NCBI GenBank assembly: GCA_033764615.1
Contig: JANRIU010000007.1
Coordinates: 16,314-80,313 of the forward strand
DNA from: Gemmatimonadales bacterium
Lineage (GTDB): Bacteria; Gemmatimonadota; Gemmatimonadetes; Gemmatimonadales; GWC2-71-9
Direction: 5' to 3'
Length of the DNA stretch: 64,000 bases
The notes beneath the pieces were generated by a model. It was not told where the DNA came from. It saw only the letters and a program-made list of their open reading frames with translations, and did not search any database. This document shows, piece after piece, positions 1-9,782 of the stretch. How positions within the stretch are numbered: position 1 is the stretch's first letter; every line of letters starts with the position of its first letter. The position numbers and the translations under genes are program-made.

Positions 1-54
1 TGGCGGCAGGGCTGGAGGGTGAGTGGGGCAACGTAGCGGCGCCGGGCGCCGCTG

Positions 55-1482
55 TCAGCGCGGGGCGCCGACGACGGCCTCGGCCTCGATCTCCACGAGG
101 TACTCCTCGCCGATGAGCGGCGCCTGCACCATCGTGTTGGCAGGGAGGATGTGGCCGAACCGCTCGCCGTGCGCCCGCGCGATCGGCTCCCACTGGCGCA
201 CGTCCTTCACGAAGATCCGCGTGCGCACCACGTCTTCCAGCGAGCCCCCGAGCGACCGCAGCGACGCCTCGATCTTGTCGATGACGAAGTGCGCCTGCGC
301 CGCCGGGTCGTCGCCGCCGATGGCGCGCGGGCCGTGCGTGGCCGTCGTGCCGCTCACGCTGATGTGGTCGCCGCGGCGGACCGCGCGGCTGTACCCGGCG
401 AGCGGCTCCCACACGGTCCCCGAGAGCACGTACGTGCGGTCGTCGTGGCCGCGGCGCGCGGGCCAGGCGGGCGGGAAGGCGCGCACGTGGTGGCTCAGGT
501 CGCCCGAGGCGGTGAGGAACGGCGGGCGCCGGTACTCGTCGCCGCAGTCGCCGGGGATCGGGGCGAGCCCCGCCTGCGCGTCGGCGATCGCGGCGCGATC
601 GGCATCGTCAAGCCGGAGCGCGAGGACGCCGAGCGTCGCGTCGACGTGGGCGCGCTGGCCGAGGCGGGCACCGATGATGACCGACGCGACCCCGGGCATG
701 TCGAGCGCGGCGCGGCTCGCGACCGTCGCCAGCGCGACGCCGTGCCTCCGCGCCACGCCGTCGAGCGCGCGGAGCAGCGCCTGGAACGGCGCCCAGCCGC
801 CGGCCGCGCGGATGAAGCGGCCGTACTTCATCTGCGACCACGTCTCCAGCCGCTCCCAGTCGGGCTCCGGCGCGCCGAGCCAGCGGTCCGAGAGGAAGCC
901 GCCAGCGAGGGTGCCGTAGGCGAGCAGCCCGACGCCGTGCGCCGAGGCATAGGCGGCGAGCCGTCCGGCAGCGCGTCGGTCGAGGACGGAGCACGACACC
1001 TGGTTCGTGACCAGCGGGATCCCGCTCGCGACGGCGATGCGCAGGTGCGCCGTGTCGAAGTTGGTGACGCCGAGCGCGCGGACCAGCCCCTCGCGGCGCA
1101 GCGCATCGAGGTGGAAGAGGGCGTCGAGCCAGTGCGGGTCGGCGAAGGTCCACGCGTGGTACTGGAGCAGGTCGAGCGCGGGGACGCGCAGGCGGTCGAG
1201 CGCGCGCTCGACCGCGGCGCGCGCGGCGTCGGCCGTCACCGGGCCCGGCTCGGGGACCCACTTGGTGCAGAGCTGCACGGCGCGCCCCGCCCCCGCACCC
1301 GTCACGAACCGCCCCGCCACGAGCTCGGCCGATCCGTAGTGGTCCGCCATGTCGAACGCCGTGAGGCCCGCGTCGACGTACGGGAGCATGGCGGCCGCGG
1401 TGGCGTCGAGGTCGAGCGCGCGACCATCGCGCTCCATGTCGGCGAGCTGCCAGAGGCCGGTCAGGATCGGGGGCAGGGGCAT
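55..1482 (-). CDS. Aldo/keto reductase fused to a C-terminal RidA/YjgF (Rid family) domain
   Basis: AKR motifs (FDMADHYG, TKWVP, LDLLQYH, LGVTNF, NQV) followed by a Rid domain (WEPLAGYSRAVR, VSGTTA, DVVRTRIFV, HGERF, PANTMV, LVEIEAEA). Start re-picked at ATG 1482 (MPLPPILTGLWQ). Confidence 0.85.
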   Translation of the reverse strand: MPLPPILTGLWQLADMERDGRALDLDATAAAMLPYVDAGLTAFDMADHYGSAELVAGRFVTGAGAGRAVQLCTKWVPEPGPVTADAARAAVERALDRLRVPALDLLQYHAWTFADPHWLDALFHLDALRREGLVRALGVTNFDTAHLRIAVASGIPLVTNQVSCSVLDRRAAGRLAAYASAHGVGLLAYGTLAGGFLSDRWLGAPEPDWERLETWSQMKYGRFIRAAGGWAPFQALLRALDGVARRHGVALATVASRAALDMPGVASVIIGARLGQRAHVDATLGVLALRLDDADRAAIADAQAGLAPIPGDCGDEYRRPPFLTASGDLSHHVRAFPPAWPARRGHDDRTYVLSGTVWEPLAGYSRAVRRGDHISVSGTTATHGPRAIGGDDPAAQAHFVIDKIEASLRSLGGSLEDVVRTRIFVKDVRQWEPIARAHGERFGHILPANTMVQAPLIGEEYLVEIEAEAVVGAPR

Positions 1483-1486
1483 GGGG

Positions 1487-1518
1487 GGCGGACTGGCGGG
1501 AGGGCGGAAGGGCCGGCG
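1487..1518 (+). repeat. Octamer x4 element, degenerate (GGCGGACT GGCGGGAG GGCGGAAG GGCCGGCG)
   Basis: 8-bp period, 4 nt upstream of the AKR-Rid start codon. Confidence 0.5.
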
Positions 1519-1572
1519 GGACTCCGAGCGCTGAGAAGCTAGCCGCGGCCGGTGCGGCACGGCGCGGCCGGC

Positions 1573-3048
1573 CTACTCCGCCGGCAGCGTGGCGAACGTC
1601 GCGTGGAGGTCGCGCCCGGCGCGGCGGGCGGCGCGGCGCTCGCGCAGGTAGATCGCGGTGCCGACCGCCATGATGAGCAGCCAGACCGGCGTGGAGCGGA
1701 AGTACCACGCGTCGCGGGGTGCGGTGAGGTCGCGCCAGGTGTGCACGGCGAGCAGGCCGCCGAGCAGCGCGATCCCCGCCCACGCGAGCGGCGCCTGCAG
1801 GCGCCGGTCGGGCAGCACCGTCACCGCCGCGGCGAGTGCGGGGTTCCGCGCCGGCAGCGCGAGCACCGTCGCGCACATCAGCACGAAGTTCACGAGCATC
1901 GCGGTCACGAGGAAGTCGACGCCGAGGAAGAAGTCGCCCGCGAGGTGGCCGCCGAGGATGCTCACGGCGCCGAGCGCGGCGCTGCAGAGGATCGCCGCGT
2001 CCGGCGTGCGGCGCACGGGATGGAGGCGCGCGAGCTCGGCCGGCATGATGCCATCGTCCGCCCACGCGAACATGAGGCGCGAGACGCCGAGGAGCATCGC
2101 TGGCAGGTCCTTCGCGAGCGCCACGGCGGCGCCGGCCACCATCGGCACCGCCCATGCCGTGGGGAGCGCGCGCCCGAGGAGGCCCGGGGCCGTCACGTCG
2201 CGCGTGCGCGCCTCCTCCGCGAGCCAGTGCCACGGCACCGCGTGGTAGACCGCGGCGGTGAACGCGAGGTAGAACGCGCCGACGCCGACGATGGCGATGC
2301 CGATGGCGCGCGGCAGCGTGCGCCCGGGGTCGCGCGCCTCGCCGCCGGCCTGCGCGATCGCGTCGAAGCCGATGAACGACGAGAAGAGCAGCGCGGCCCC
2401 GGGCAGCAGCACCCCCCACGAGAAGGGCGCGGGCGCAGGCGGCGCGGCGGACGCGCCCGGCGCCGCCGCGGCGAGGAACGCCCCGGGCGACAGGCGCCAG
2501 CCCGCCACGATCACGACGGCGCCGAGGCCGAGGGTGAGCAGCATGAGCGGGACGAGCGTGAGCTGCAGCGTGCGGACGCCGCGCAGGTTCACGAGCGTGG
2601 CGAGGCCGAGCGCCGCGAAGGCGATCGCGAGGCGCACGGGGCCGCGCTCGATCGTCGCCGCCGCGCCGTCGAGGCCCGCGACGGCGCAGAGGTCGCGCAG
2701 GAACGGCGGCAGGACGTACGATACGACGCCGATGGCGATGGCGAGCGCCGCCCACTGCGAGAAGCTGGCGACGAAGCCGAGGTAGGGGCTGAGGCCGCGG
2801 CTCGCGTAGACGTAGCTACCGCCCGCGCGGGGCATCGCGGAGGCGAGGATGGCATAGGCGAGCGCGGCGAGGAGCGCCGGCACCGCGGCGAGCAGGTACG
2901 CGGGAACGACCCAGGGCCCGATGCCGGGCACGTGCCGCTGGATCATGAACGGGACGATATTGAGCCCCGCGCCGACCATCGAGCAGACACCGGTGGCGAC
3001 GAGGCCCCAGAGGCCCAGGTCGCGCGCGAGGCGCGGGCCGTCGCTCAC
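1573..3048 (-). CDS. APC-family amino acid permease
   Basis: About 12 hydrophobic segments, GAG motif in TM1, 'PRAGGSYVYASRGL', 'FIGFDAIAQAGGEARDP', 'SRLMFAWADDG'. Start re-picked at GTG 3048. Confidence 0.9.
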   Translation of the reverse strand: MSDGPRLARDLGLWGLVATGVCSMVGAGLNIVPFMIQRHVPGIGPWVVPAYLLAAVPALLAALAYAILASAMPRAGGSYVYASRGLSPYLGFVASFSQWAALAIAIGVVSYVLPPFLRDLCAVAGLDGAAATIERGPVRLAIAFAALGLATLVNLRGVRTLQLTLVPLMLLTLGLGAVVIVAGWRLSPGAFLAAAAPGASAAPPAPAPFSWGVLLPGAALLFSSFIGFDAIAQAGGEARDPGRTLPRAIGIAIVGVGAFYLAFTAAVYHAVPWHWLAEEARTRDVTAPGLLGRALPTAWAVPMVAGAAVALAKDLPAMLLGVSRLMFAWADDGIMPAELARLHPVRRTPDAAILCSAALGAVSILGGHLAGDFFLGVDFLVTAMLVNFVLMCATVLALPARNPALAAAVTVLPDRRLQAPLAWAGIALLGGLLAVHTWRDLTAPRDAWYFRSTPVWLLIMAVGTAIYLRERRAARRAGRDLHATFATLPAE

Positions 3049-3148
3049 CGGCGGCGCGGGGGGGACGGCGGCACGGCAGGCATGGCCTCGAAGGTAGCGG
3101 CGCCCCGCCGGGACGGCGGACGCCCATCGCGGGCGCCCGCCGCCACGC

Positions 3149-4489
3149 CTACCACTCGGCCGTGAGCGCCTCCAGCGGCTGCGCGACCTCGGCCGCCGCG
3201 GGCGGGTCCAGGTTCGCGAGTACCACAATCACGCGCCGGTCGGCCGGCACCAGCACGAGCTCCGCGTTGACGCCGGGCGCGCCGCCGGCCACGGCGATCG
3301 GGCCGCGGCCGCGCCGGCCATCGAGGAAGCGGTTGAAGAGGAGGTCGGTGTGCGCGGCATCCAGCAGGCGGTCGTCGAGCAGCGCGAGGCCGAGGCGCTG
3401 GAGGTCGGCGGCGGTGCTGAAGGTGCCGCCTGCGCTCGTGCCACGGGGCGGCAGCATCGTGTTCGGGGCGAGCGTGCCGCCGGCGCGCGTATACCCCGTC
3501 GCCACGTCGGGCCCGCCGCGCGGGAACGCGCCGCTGGCCGTCATGCCGGCGGGCTCGTACACGAGGCGACGGTGCGCCGCGTCGAAGTCGAGCCCGGTGA
3601 CGCGCTCCAGCACCGCGCCGAGCACGACGTAGCCGCTGTTGCTGTACCGCTCGCGCGCGCCCGGCTCGAACTCCAGCGGCCGGGCGGCGATGAGGGGCAG
3701 GTAGTCCGCGAGGCTCCGGAAGCGCGACGGGTCGGCGCGCACCTCCTCGTACCCGAGGTAGTCGCCGAGGCCCGACTCGTGCCGCAGCAGGTGGCGGATC
3801 GTCACGCGCTCCGCGACGGCGGGGGGGAAGCCGTCGACGTACCGACCCACCGGGTCGTCGAGGCGGAGCCGCCCGTCCTGGGCGAGGCGGAGGATGGCGA
3901 GCTGCGTCACGAGCTTCGTGATCGAGCCCAGGTCGACGCGCGTGTCGGGCGCCATGCGGATGCCGCGCGCGCGGTCGGCGAGGCCGTGCACCGAGCGATG
4001 CAGCACCCGGTCGCCACGGGTCACCTGCACGACGCCGGCGAAGCGGTCGACCCGCGCGAGCGAGTCGAGCCGCCGGGTGAGGTCCACCGAGGTGCGCACC
4101 CCGTCCAGCGCCGAGGCGTCGGGGCCGATGCGGATCCCCGTGATGCGACCCGGCGCCTCCGGCTCGTGCGTCACGGTGAGCCGCACGCGGCGCGCGCCGC
4201 GCGCGAGGCGCACCGCCACCTCGGCGGGGGACTGCCGGTCGAGCCGCGCCTCCGCGTCGCGGAAGTCGCGGTGCAGCTGGCCGAGCGTCTGCACGTGCAC
4301 CGCCAGCGGAACGGCGTCGCGGAAGTGGGGCGCCAGGTCGGTCGCGACGAACCGCGCGATGGTGGCGCTGTCCCCCGCACGGATGGCGCCGACGAGCGCA
4401 TCGAGGTGCGGGCGGGCGGGCGACTGCGCGCCGACGGGGGCGGCGGCGAGAAGGAGGAGGACGGCGGGGAGAAAGCCACGGGACTGCAT
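3149..4489 (-). CDS. Secreted serine hydrolase, beta-lactamase/PBP-like family
   Basis: Signal peptide MQSRGFLPAVLLLLAAAPVGAQ, SxxK (GSITK), 'LLRHESG', YxN (YSN). Start at ATG 4489. Confidence 0.88.
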   Translation of the reverse strand: MQSRGFLPAVLLLLAAAPVGAQSPARPHLDALVGAIRAGDSATIARFVATDLAPHFRDAVPLAVHVQTLGQLHRDFRDAEARLDRQSPAEVAVRLARGARRVRLTVTHEPEAPGRITGIRIGPDASALDGVRTSVDLTRRLDSLARVDRFAGVVQVTRGDRVLHRSVHGLADRARGIRMAPDTRVDLGSITKLVTQLAILRLAQDGRLRLDDPVGRYVDGFPPAVAERVTIRHLLRHESGLGDYLGYEEVRADPSRFRSLADYLPLIAARPLEFEPGARERYSNSGYVVLGAVLERVTGLDFDAAHRRLVYEPAGMTASGAFPRGGPDVATGYTRAGGTLAPNTMLPPRGTSAGGTFSTAADLQRLGLALLDDRLLDAAHTDLLFNRFLDGRRGRGPIAVAGGAPGVNAELVLVPADRRVIVVLANLDPPAAAEVAQPLEALTAEW

Positions 4490-4590
4490 GGGCGCGAACG
4501 CTCCGGTGATCGTTGCGGGGGAGGATGCGCCACGCTGCCTCCGGGTCGCGCGGGGAGGGGGCCGGCACGCCGATCGCCCGCTGCACGGCG

Positions 4591-5166
4591 TCACGGCGTC
4601 GCGCGATGCCCGGCTCCGTGCCGCACGGCGTACCGGCTCTGCACGAGCCCGTTCGCGAACGCCGTCGTCCCCTCGTGCACGAGCGTGACGTCGGCCGGGA
4701 GCGGCCCGAAGAGCGGCCGCCCCGCACCGAGCAGCACGGGGACGCGCGTGAGGATGAGCGTGTCCACGCAGCCGGCCGCGAGGAAGCGCTGGATCGTGAC
4801 GCCGCCGTCGAGGTACGCGTGGCAGAGCCCGCGCTCCGCGAGGCGCGCGAGCACCGCACCGGGGTCGCCGCCATCGTGGCGCACGCGGTCGGCCAGCGCC
4901 GCCGGCACGGCGGGCGGACGCGTCGCCAGCACCACGACGGGGACGCGGTACGGCCACTCCGGCAGCCCGAAGCCCAGCACCGTCTCGAACGTCGCCCGCC
5001 CCATGAGCACGACGTCGATCCCCGCCATGAACGCCGCGTAGCCATGGTCGTCCGCGGGGCCGTCGCCGCCCGGCGCGGGGAGCCAGTCGAGCGCGCCGTC
5101 GGGGCGGGCGATGAAGCCGTCGAGGCTCGTGGCGATGAACACGGAGACGCGGGGACGCGCGGTCAT
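4591..5166 (-). CDS. Dihydrofolate reductase-like (RibD C-terminal domain) protein
   Basis: 'FIATSLDGFIA', 'LMGRATFE', 'YLDGGVTI', 'PVLLGAGRPLF'. ATGA overlap with the upstream GNAT gene. Confidence 0.88.
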   Translation of the reverse strand: MTARPRVSVFIATSLDGFIARPDGALDWLPAPGGDGPADDHGYAAFMAGIDVVLMGRATFETVLGFGLPEWPYRVPVVVLATRPPAVPAALADRVRHDGGDPGAVLARLAERGLCHAYLDGGVTIQRFLAAGCVDTLILTRVPVLLGAGRPLFGPLPADVTLVHEGTTAFANGLVQSRYAVRHGAGHRATP

Positions 5167-5705
5167 GCGGGACGCTCCAGGAGGAAGGTGCGGAGGCGGT
5201 GGAGCGGTCCCTCCACCTCGGAGAGGGGCTGGAAGCCGCACCGCTCCAGCATGCGCGCGGAGGCGGCGTTCGGCGCGTCGGTGACGCCCGCGAGCCGCAC
5301 GAGGCCGAGCGCGCCGAACGCGTGCGCCACGAGGGCGCCGAGCGCCTCGGCGGCATAGCCGCGGCCCCACGCCTCCGGCGCGAGCGCGACCAGCGGCTCC
5401 ACGAGCCCCGCGAGCCGCGGCTCGTGCGCGGCGGCGGTGGTCACCGGGAGGAGGCCGGCGCAGCCGGCGCACGCCGGGTCGGCGGCGGCCGAGAGCCACC
5501 AGAGGCCGAGGCCCTGCGGCGCCGCGGCGGCCGCGTCGGCGAGGAGGGCGGCGACCTCGTCGCGCGCGAGCACGCGGTCGTCGCAGAGGTAGCGCCGCAC
5601 CTCCGCGCGCAGGAGCAGCGCGTGCAGCCGGTCGACGTCGGCCGCGGCTTCGCGCAGGGGACGGAGCACGAGCCGAGGCGTCAGGAGGTCAGGCCGCGCG
5701 TCCAT
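5163..5705 (-). CDS. GNAT N-acetyltransferase (RimJ/RimL type)
   Basis: 'TPRLVLRPL', 'WGRGYAAEA', 'NAASARMLERCGF'. Confidence 0.85.
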   Translation of the reverse strand: MDARPDLLTPRLVLRPLREAAADVDRLHALLLRAEVRRYLCDDRVLARDEVAALLADAAAAAPQGLGLWWLSAAADPACAGCAGLLPVTTAAAHEPRLAGLVEPLVALAPEAWGRGYAAEALGALVAHAFGALGLVRLAGVTDAPNAASARMLERCGFQPLSEVEGPLHRLRTFLLERPA

Positions 5706-6909
5706 GGCCCTCCAGGAAGTCGAGCTCGCGGCCGTACGTCTCCGGCTGGGCGCGGAGCGCCCAGGCCGCAGCGCCCATCGCCACCGCGCCCACCAGCGCC
5801 GCGGCGCCGACGAGGCCGAGCGGCGCGCGCAGCGCGAGGAACGCGAGCGTCATCGGCACGGCGGTGACGCGCACCAGGTTCGGGACGCTGGTCGCGACGG
5901 TGGCGCGGAGGTCGGTGCCGAACAGCTCGACCGCCATGGTGACGAGCACCGCCCAGTAGCCGACGCCGAAGCCGATCACGGCGCACGTGGCGTAGAGCGC
6001 GGCCGCGGTGCGCGGCACGCCGGCCAGGTACGTGACGATCCCGCCGAGGCAGAGCCAGAGGAAGGCGCCGACGGCGCGCTTGCGCGAGCACAGCGCCTGG
6101 CTGAGCGGCCCGCTCGCGAGGTCGCCGAGCGTGGTGCCGGCGTAGAACAGCAGCACGGCGCGCGCGGCCGTCACCTCGCCCGCGACGCCGAGCGCGCGCG
6201 CGAACTCCGGGGCGAAGGTGATGAGGATCCCGACGGCGAACCAGACCGGCATGCCGATGGCGATGGCGCGGAGGAAGCGCGCGGCGCGGTCGCGGTCGTC
6301 GAAGAGGCGGCGGACGTCGCCGCGGCCCGCCGCTGCACGCGCGCGCGCGAACATGGCGGAGTCGCGCACGCCGACGCGGAGCAGCAGCAGCGCCAGCCCC
6401 ATCGCGCCGCCGACGACGTACGCGGTGCGCCACGGCACCTGCTCGCCCACGAGCGCGGCGGCGACGGCGCCGAGCACGCCCATCGCGGCGACGATCGCCG
6501 TGGCGGCGCCGCGGGCGCGTGTCTCCACCAGCTCGCCGACGATCGTGAGCGCGGCGCCGAGCTCGCCTGCGAGGCCGAAGCCCGCGACGAGGCGGCACGC
6601 GACGTACGCGGGCACGGAGGTGACCGCGGCGTTGGCGAGGTTGGCGAGGGAGTAGCAGAGGATGGAGCCGTAGAGCACGGAGCGCCGGCCGCGGCGGTCG
6701 CCGAGGACGCCCCACGCGAACCCGCCGAGCATCATCCCGACGAGCTGCGCGTTCTGCAGGAGCGCGCCGACCTCGAGCGCGCGCGGCCCGGCGCCGAGCT
6801 CCTGCACGCTGGCGACGCGCACCACCGCGAAGAGCAGCAGGTCGAAGACGTCGACGAAGTAGCCGAGGCCGGCCACGAGGATCGTCGCCGCTGCCGCACG
6901 GAGCGGCAC
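5689..6909 (-). CDS. MFS transporter
   Basis: 'GYFVDVFDLLLF', MFS motif A 'GVLGDRRGRR', 'GLAGELG', 'ELFGTDLRATV'. Start approximate (GTG 6909). Confidence 0.88.
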   Translation of the reverse strand: MPLRAAAATILVAGLGYFVDVFDLLLFAVVRVASVQELGAGPRALEVGALLQNAQLVGMMLGGFAWGVLGDRRGRRSVLYGSILCYSLANLANAAVTSVPAYVACRLVAGFGLAGELGAALTIVGELVETRARGAATAIVAAMGVLGAVAAALVGEQVPWRTAYVVGGAMGLALLLLRVGVRDSAMFARARAAAGRGDVRRLFDDRDRAARFLRAIAIGMPVWFAVGILITFAPEFARALGVAGEVTAARAVLLFYAGTTLGDLASGPLSQALCSRKRAVGAFLWLCLGGIVTYLAGVPRTAAALYATCAVIGFGVGYWAVLVTMAVELFGTDLRATVATSVPNLVRVTAVPMTLAFLALRAPLGLVGAAALVGAVAMGAAAWALRAQPETYGRELDFLEGHGRAA

Positions 6910-6953
6910 GAGCTCCGGGGACGGGGCCGCCCCCGCCCCGCCCCGCGCGCCGC

Positions 6954-7268
6954 TCAGTATCCCTCGGCGCGCCCGAGCTGCGACTCGATGCTGCGCTGCA
7001 GCTTCTGCACCGCGCCGTCGAGCGCCTGCGGGATCGTGGCGGCGTCGTGGTGCACGGCCACGGGGGGGCGCCCCGAAAGGCGCGCCTCCAGCAGGCACCG
7101 CTTGTCGGCGGGGCCCGCCTTGTGCGCGTTCTCGTCCCGCAGGTGCACCTCGACGCGCGTGATCCGCTCGCCGAAGCGCCCCAGCGCCTCCGTGAGCACC
7201 CCCTCGACGTCCCGCACGAGCGTGTCGTCGGCCGTGATGTGGCTGTCACCGCTGATCTGGACCTGCAT
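6954..7268 (-). CDS. HPF/RaiA family ribosome-associated protein
   Basis: MQVQI..., 'ITRVEVHLRDEN', 'DKRCLLEARL'. Start at ATG 7268. Confidence 0.8.
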   Translation of the reverse strand: MQVQISGDSHITADDTLVRDVEGVLTEALGRFGERITRVEVHLRDENAHKAGPADKRCLLEARLSGRPPVAVHHDAATIPQALDGAVQKLQRSIESQLGRAEGY

Positions 7269-7388
7269 CCGGGTCTCCTCCCCGTGCGAACGAAGTGCCT
7301 GCGGAGGCGCCGTCGGCACCTCCCAGCCCGGACGATAGCGAATGCGTCACGGGCGTGGCGTCCTCCTGACCGGCAGGTAAGTTCGGCC

Positions 7389-9782
7389 GTGCGTTTTTCC
7401 ACCCTCCGGGCCCTGCCGGCCCTGCTCTGCCTTGCGGCGGCTGCCGCACCGCTGTCCGCGCAGCAGCGCGGCGTCGTGCGCGTCAGCGGCTACGTGCGCT
7501 CGGCGGAGTCGGGCGAGGTCATCCGCGGCGCGACCGTGCTGGTGGAAAACGGGCCGTGGCGCGCGGAGACGAACCAGGACGGCTTCTACGTCCTCACGGT
7601 GCCGGGCGGTCGCCAGGTGCTGCGATTCCGTGCGCTCGGCCACACCCCGCTCGCCGACACGCTGGAGCTCGCAGCGAGCCTCGTGCGGGACGTGCGCCTG
7701 CAGCCGGCGGCGTTCACGCTGCAGGAGCTGCGCGCGAGCGGGCGGCGCGACTCGGTCGCCATCGACCTCGAGACGCCGGCGATGTCCGTCGAGGCGCTCG
7801 ACGCCGGCACCATCCGCCTCGCCCCGGCGATCCTCGGCGAGGTCGACCCGATCCGCACGCTGACGCTGCTGCCGGGCGTGAAGCTCACGAGCGACGGCTC
7901 CACGGGGATCTCCGTGCGCGGCGGCACGCCCGACCAGAACCTGATCCTGCTGGACGAATCGACGATCTACAACCCGTCGCACGTCTTCGGCTTCTACTCC
8001 GTGTTCAACTCGGACGCGGTGGCCGACGTGAAGCTGTACAAGGGCGGCATCCCCGCGCGGTTCGGCGGCCGGCTCTCGTCGGTGCTGGACATCCGGCAGC
8101 GCGAGGGGAACGACCGCGCGTTCACGGGGCAGGCGTCGCTCGGCCTGATCTCGAGCCGCGCCTCGGTCGAGGGGCCGCTGCCGGGGAAGCTCGGCTCGTT
8201 CCTCGTCGCGGCCCGGCGCACCTACGCCGACCTCTTCCTCCGGCTCTCCAGCAACCCGGACATCAACCAGAACACCGCGTACTTCTACGACCTGAACGCC
8301 AAGGGGAACATCCGCCTGGGCGACCGCGGGTCGATCATGGTGTCGGGGTACTTCGGCCGCGACCGCTTCGCGGTGCAGGAGCGGCTCTCGACCGGCTGGG
8401 GGAACACGGCGGGCACGCTGCGGTGGAACCAGTCGTTCGGCGACCGGCTGTTCTCCAAGGTGTCGCTCACGTCGAGCGAGTACGACTACCGGCTCGACTT
8501 CCTGAGCCTCGGCCGCGACCTCGGCTGGACGGCGAGCATCGGCAGCACGGAGGCGCGCGTGCTGGAGACGCTGTACCTCTCCAACACGCAGCAGGTGGAG
8601 TTCGGCGGCGAGCTGATCCGGAACGCGCTGCAGCCCGGCAACGTGCAGCCGATCGGCCAGTCGCCGGTGCGGCCGGTGACGCTGCAGCCGCGCTTCGGCT
8701 GGACGTCGGCGCTCCACGCCGACCACGAGTTCAGCGTGTCGCCGGCGCTGTCGGTGCGCTACGGGGTGCGGTGGGCGGGCTTCCGGCGCGTCGGCGCGGG
8801 GACCACGTACCAGTACGCCGCGCCCGGCCCCGTCGTGTACGACGCGGTGCTCCAGCGCTACCAGCGCGGCACCATCGTGGACAGCACGGTGTTCGGCCCC
8901 GGCGAGACGATCACGTCGGCGAGCGGGCTGGAGCCGCGCCTCGCGCTCAACCTCCGGCTCTCGCGCACCGCGAGCCTCAAGGCGAGCGTCATGCGCACGC
9001 GGCAGTTCCTGCACCTCATCTCGAACACGAACAGCCCCACGCCGCTCGACGTCTGGGAGCCGGTGGGGCCGTACTTCCCCGCGCAGCGCGCCGACCAGGT
9101 GGCGCTCGGCTACGCCGGCACCTTCGGCGACGGCGCGTGGGAGCTGACCACCGAGGCGTACGTGAAGCGCCTCGACCGCGTGACCGACTTCGTGCCCGGC
9201 GCCGACCTCGCGCTCAACGACCGGCTCGAGACCGAGACGCTCATCGGCCGCGGGCGCGCCTACGGCTTCGAGGTGCAGCTGCGCAAGGTGACCGGGAAGC
9301 TCACGGGCTGGATCAGCTACACGCTCTCCCGCAGCGAGCGGCGCCTGCCCGGCATCGCCCCCGGCGATCCCGGCGTGAACGGCGGGCGCTGGTTCCCGTC
9401 GCCGTACGACCGCACGCACGACCTCGCCGTCGTCGGCTTCCACCCGGTGGGGCGCTCGTGGACGCTCTCGAGCGTGTTCGTGCTGACGAGCGGCCTGCCC
9501 GCGACGTTCCCGGTCTCGCGCTACCAGTTCAACTCGCTGCTCCTCTTCGAGTACGGCGACCGCAACGCCGCGCGCCTGCCGACGTACCACCGGCTGGACG
9601 TGACGCTCACGAAGGAATGGAAGCGGAGCCAGCTGCAGTTCGGCGTGTACAACCTCTACAACCGCTTCAATGCGCAGGGGATCGGCTTCCGCCAGGCGGA
9701 GAACGACGCGCTGCGCAGCGAGGCGACGCAGACGGCGCTGTTCGGCCTCGTCCCCTCCATCTCGTACCAGTTCCGGTTCTGA
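7389..9782 (+). CDS. TonB-dependent outer-membrane receptor with N-terminal carboxypeptidase-regulatory-like domain
   Basis: Signal peptide, plug motifs 'LPGV', 'VRGGTPDQNLILLD', 'KGGIPARFGGRLSSV', C-terminal 'YQFRF'. Start re-picked at GTG 7389. Confidence 0.9.
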   Translation: MRFSTLRALPALLCLAAAAAPLSAQQRGVVRVSGYVRSAESGEVIRGATVLVENGPWRAETNQDGFYVLTVPGGRQVLRFRALGHTPLADTLELAASLVRDVRLQPAAFTLQELRASGRRDSVAIDLETPAMSVEALDAGTIRLAPAILGEVDPIRTLTLLPGVKLTSDGSTGISVRGGTPDQNLILLDESTIYNPSHVFGFYSVFNSDAVADVKLYKGGIPARFGGRLSSVLDIRQREGNDRAFTGQASLGLISSRASVEGPLPGKLGSFLVAARRTYADLFLRLSSNPDINQNTAYFYDLNAKGNIRLGDRGSIMVSGYFGRDRFAVQERLSTGWGNTAGTLRWNQSFGDRLFSKVSLTSSEYDYRLDFLSLGRDLGWTASIGSTEARVLETLYLSNTQQVEFGGELIRNALQPGNVQPIGQSPVRPVTLQPRFGWTSALHADHEFSVSPALSVRYGVRWAGFRRVGAGTTYQYAAPGPVVYDAVLQRYQRGTIVDSTVFGPGETITSASGLEPRLALNLRLSRTASLKASVMRTRQFLHLISNTNSPTPLDVWEPVGPYFPAQRADQVALGYAGTFGDGAWELTTEAYVKRLDRVTDFVPGADLALNDRLETETLIGRGRAYGFEVQLRKVTGKLTGWISYTLSRSERRLPGIAPGDPGVNGGRWFPSPYDRTHDLAVVGFHPVGRSWTLSSVFVLTSGLPATFPVSRYQFNSLLLFEYGDRNAARLPTYHRLDVTLTKEWKRSQLQFGVYNLYNRFNAQGIGFRQAENDALRSEATQTALFGLVPSISYQFRF

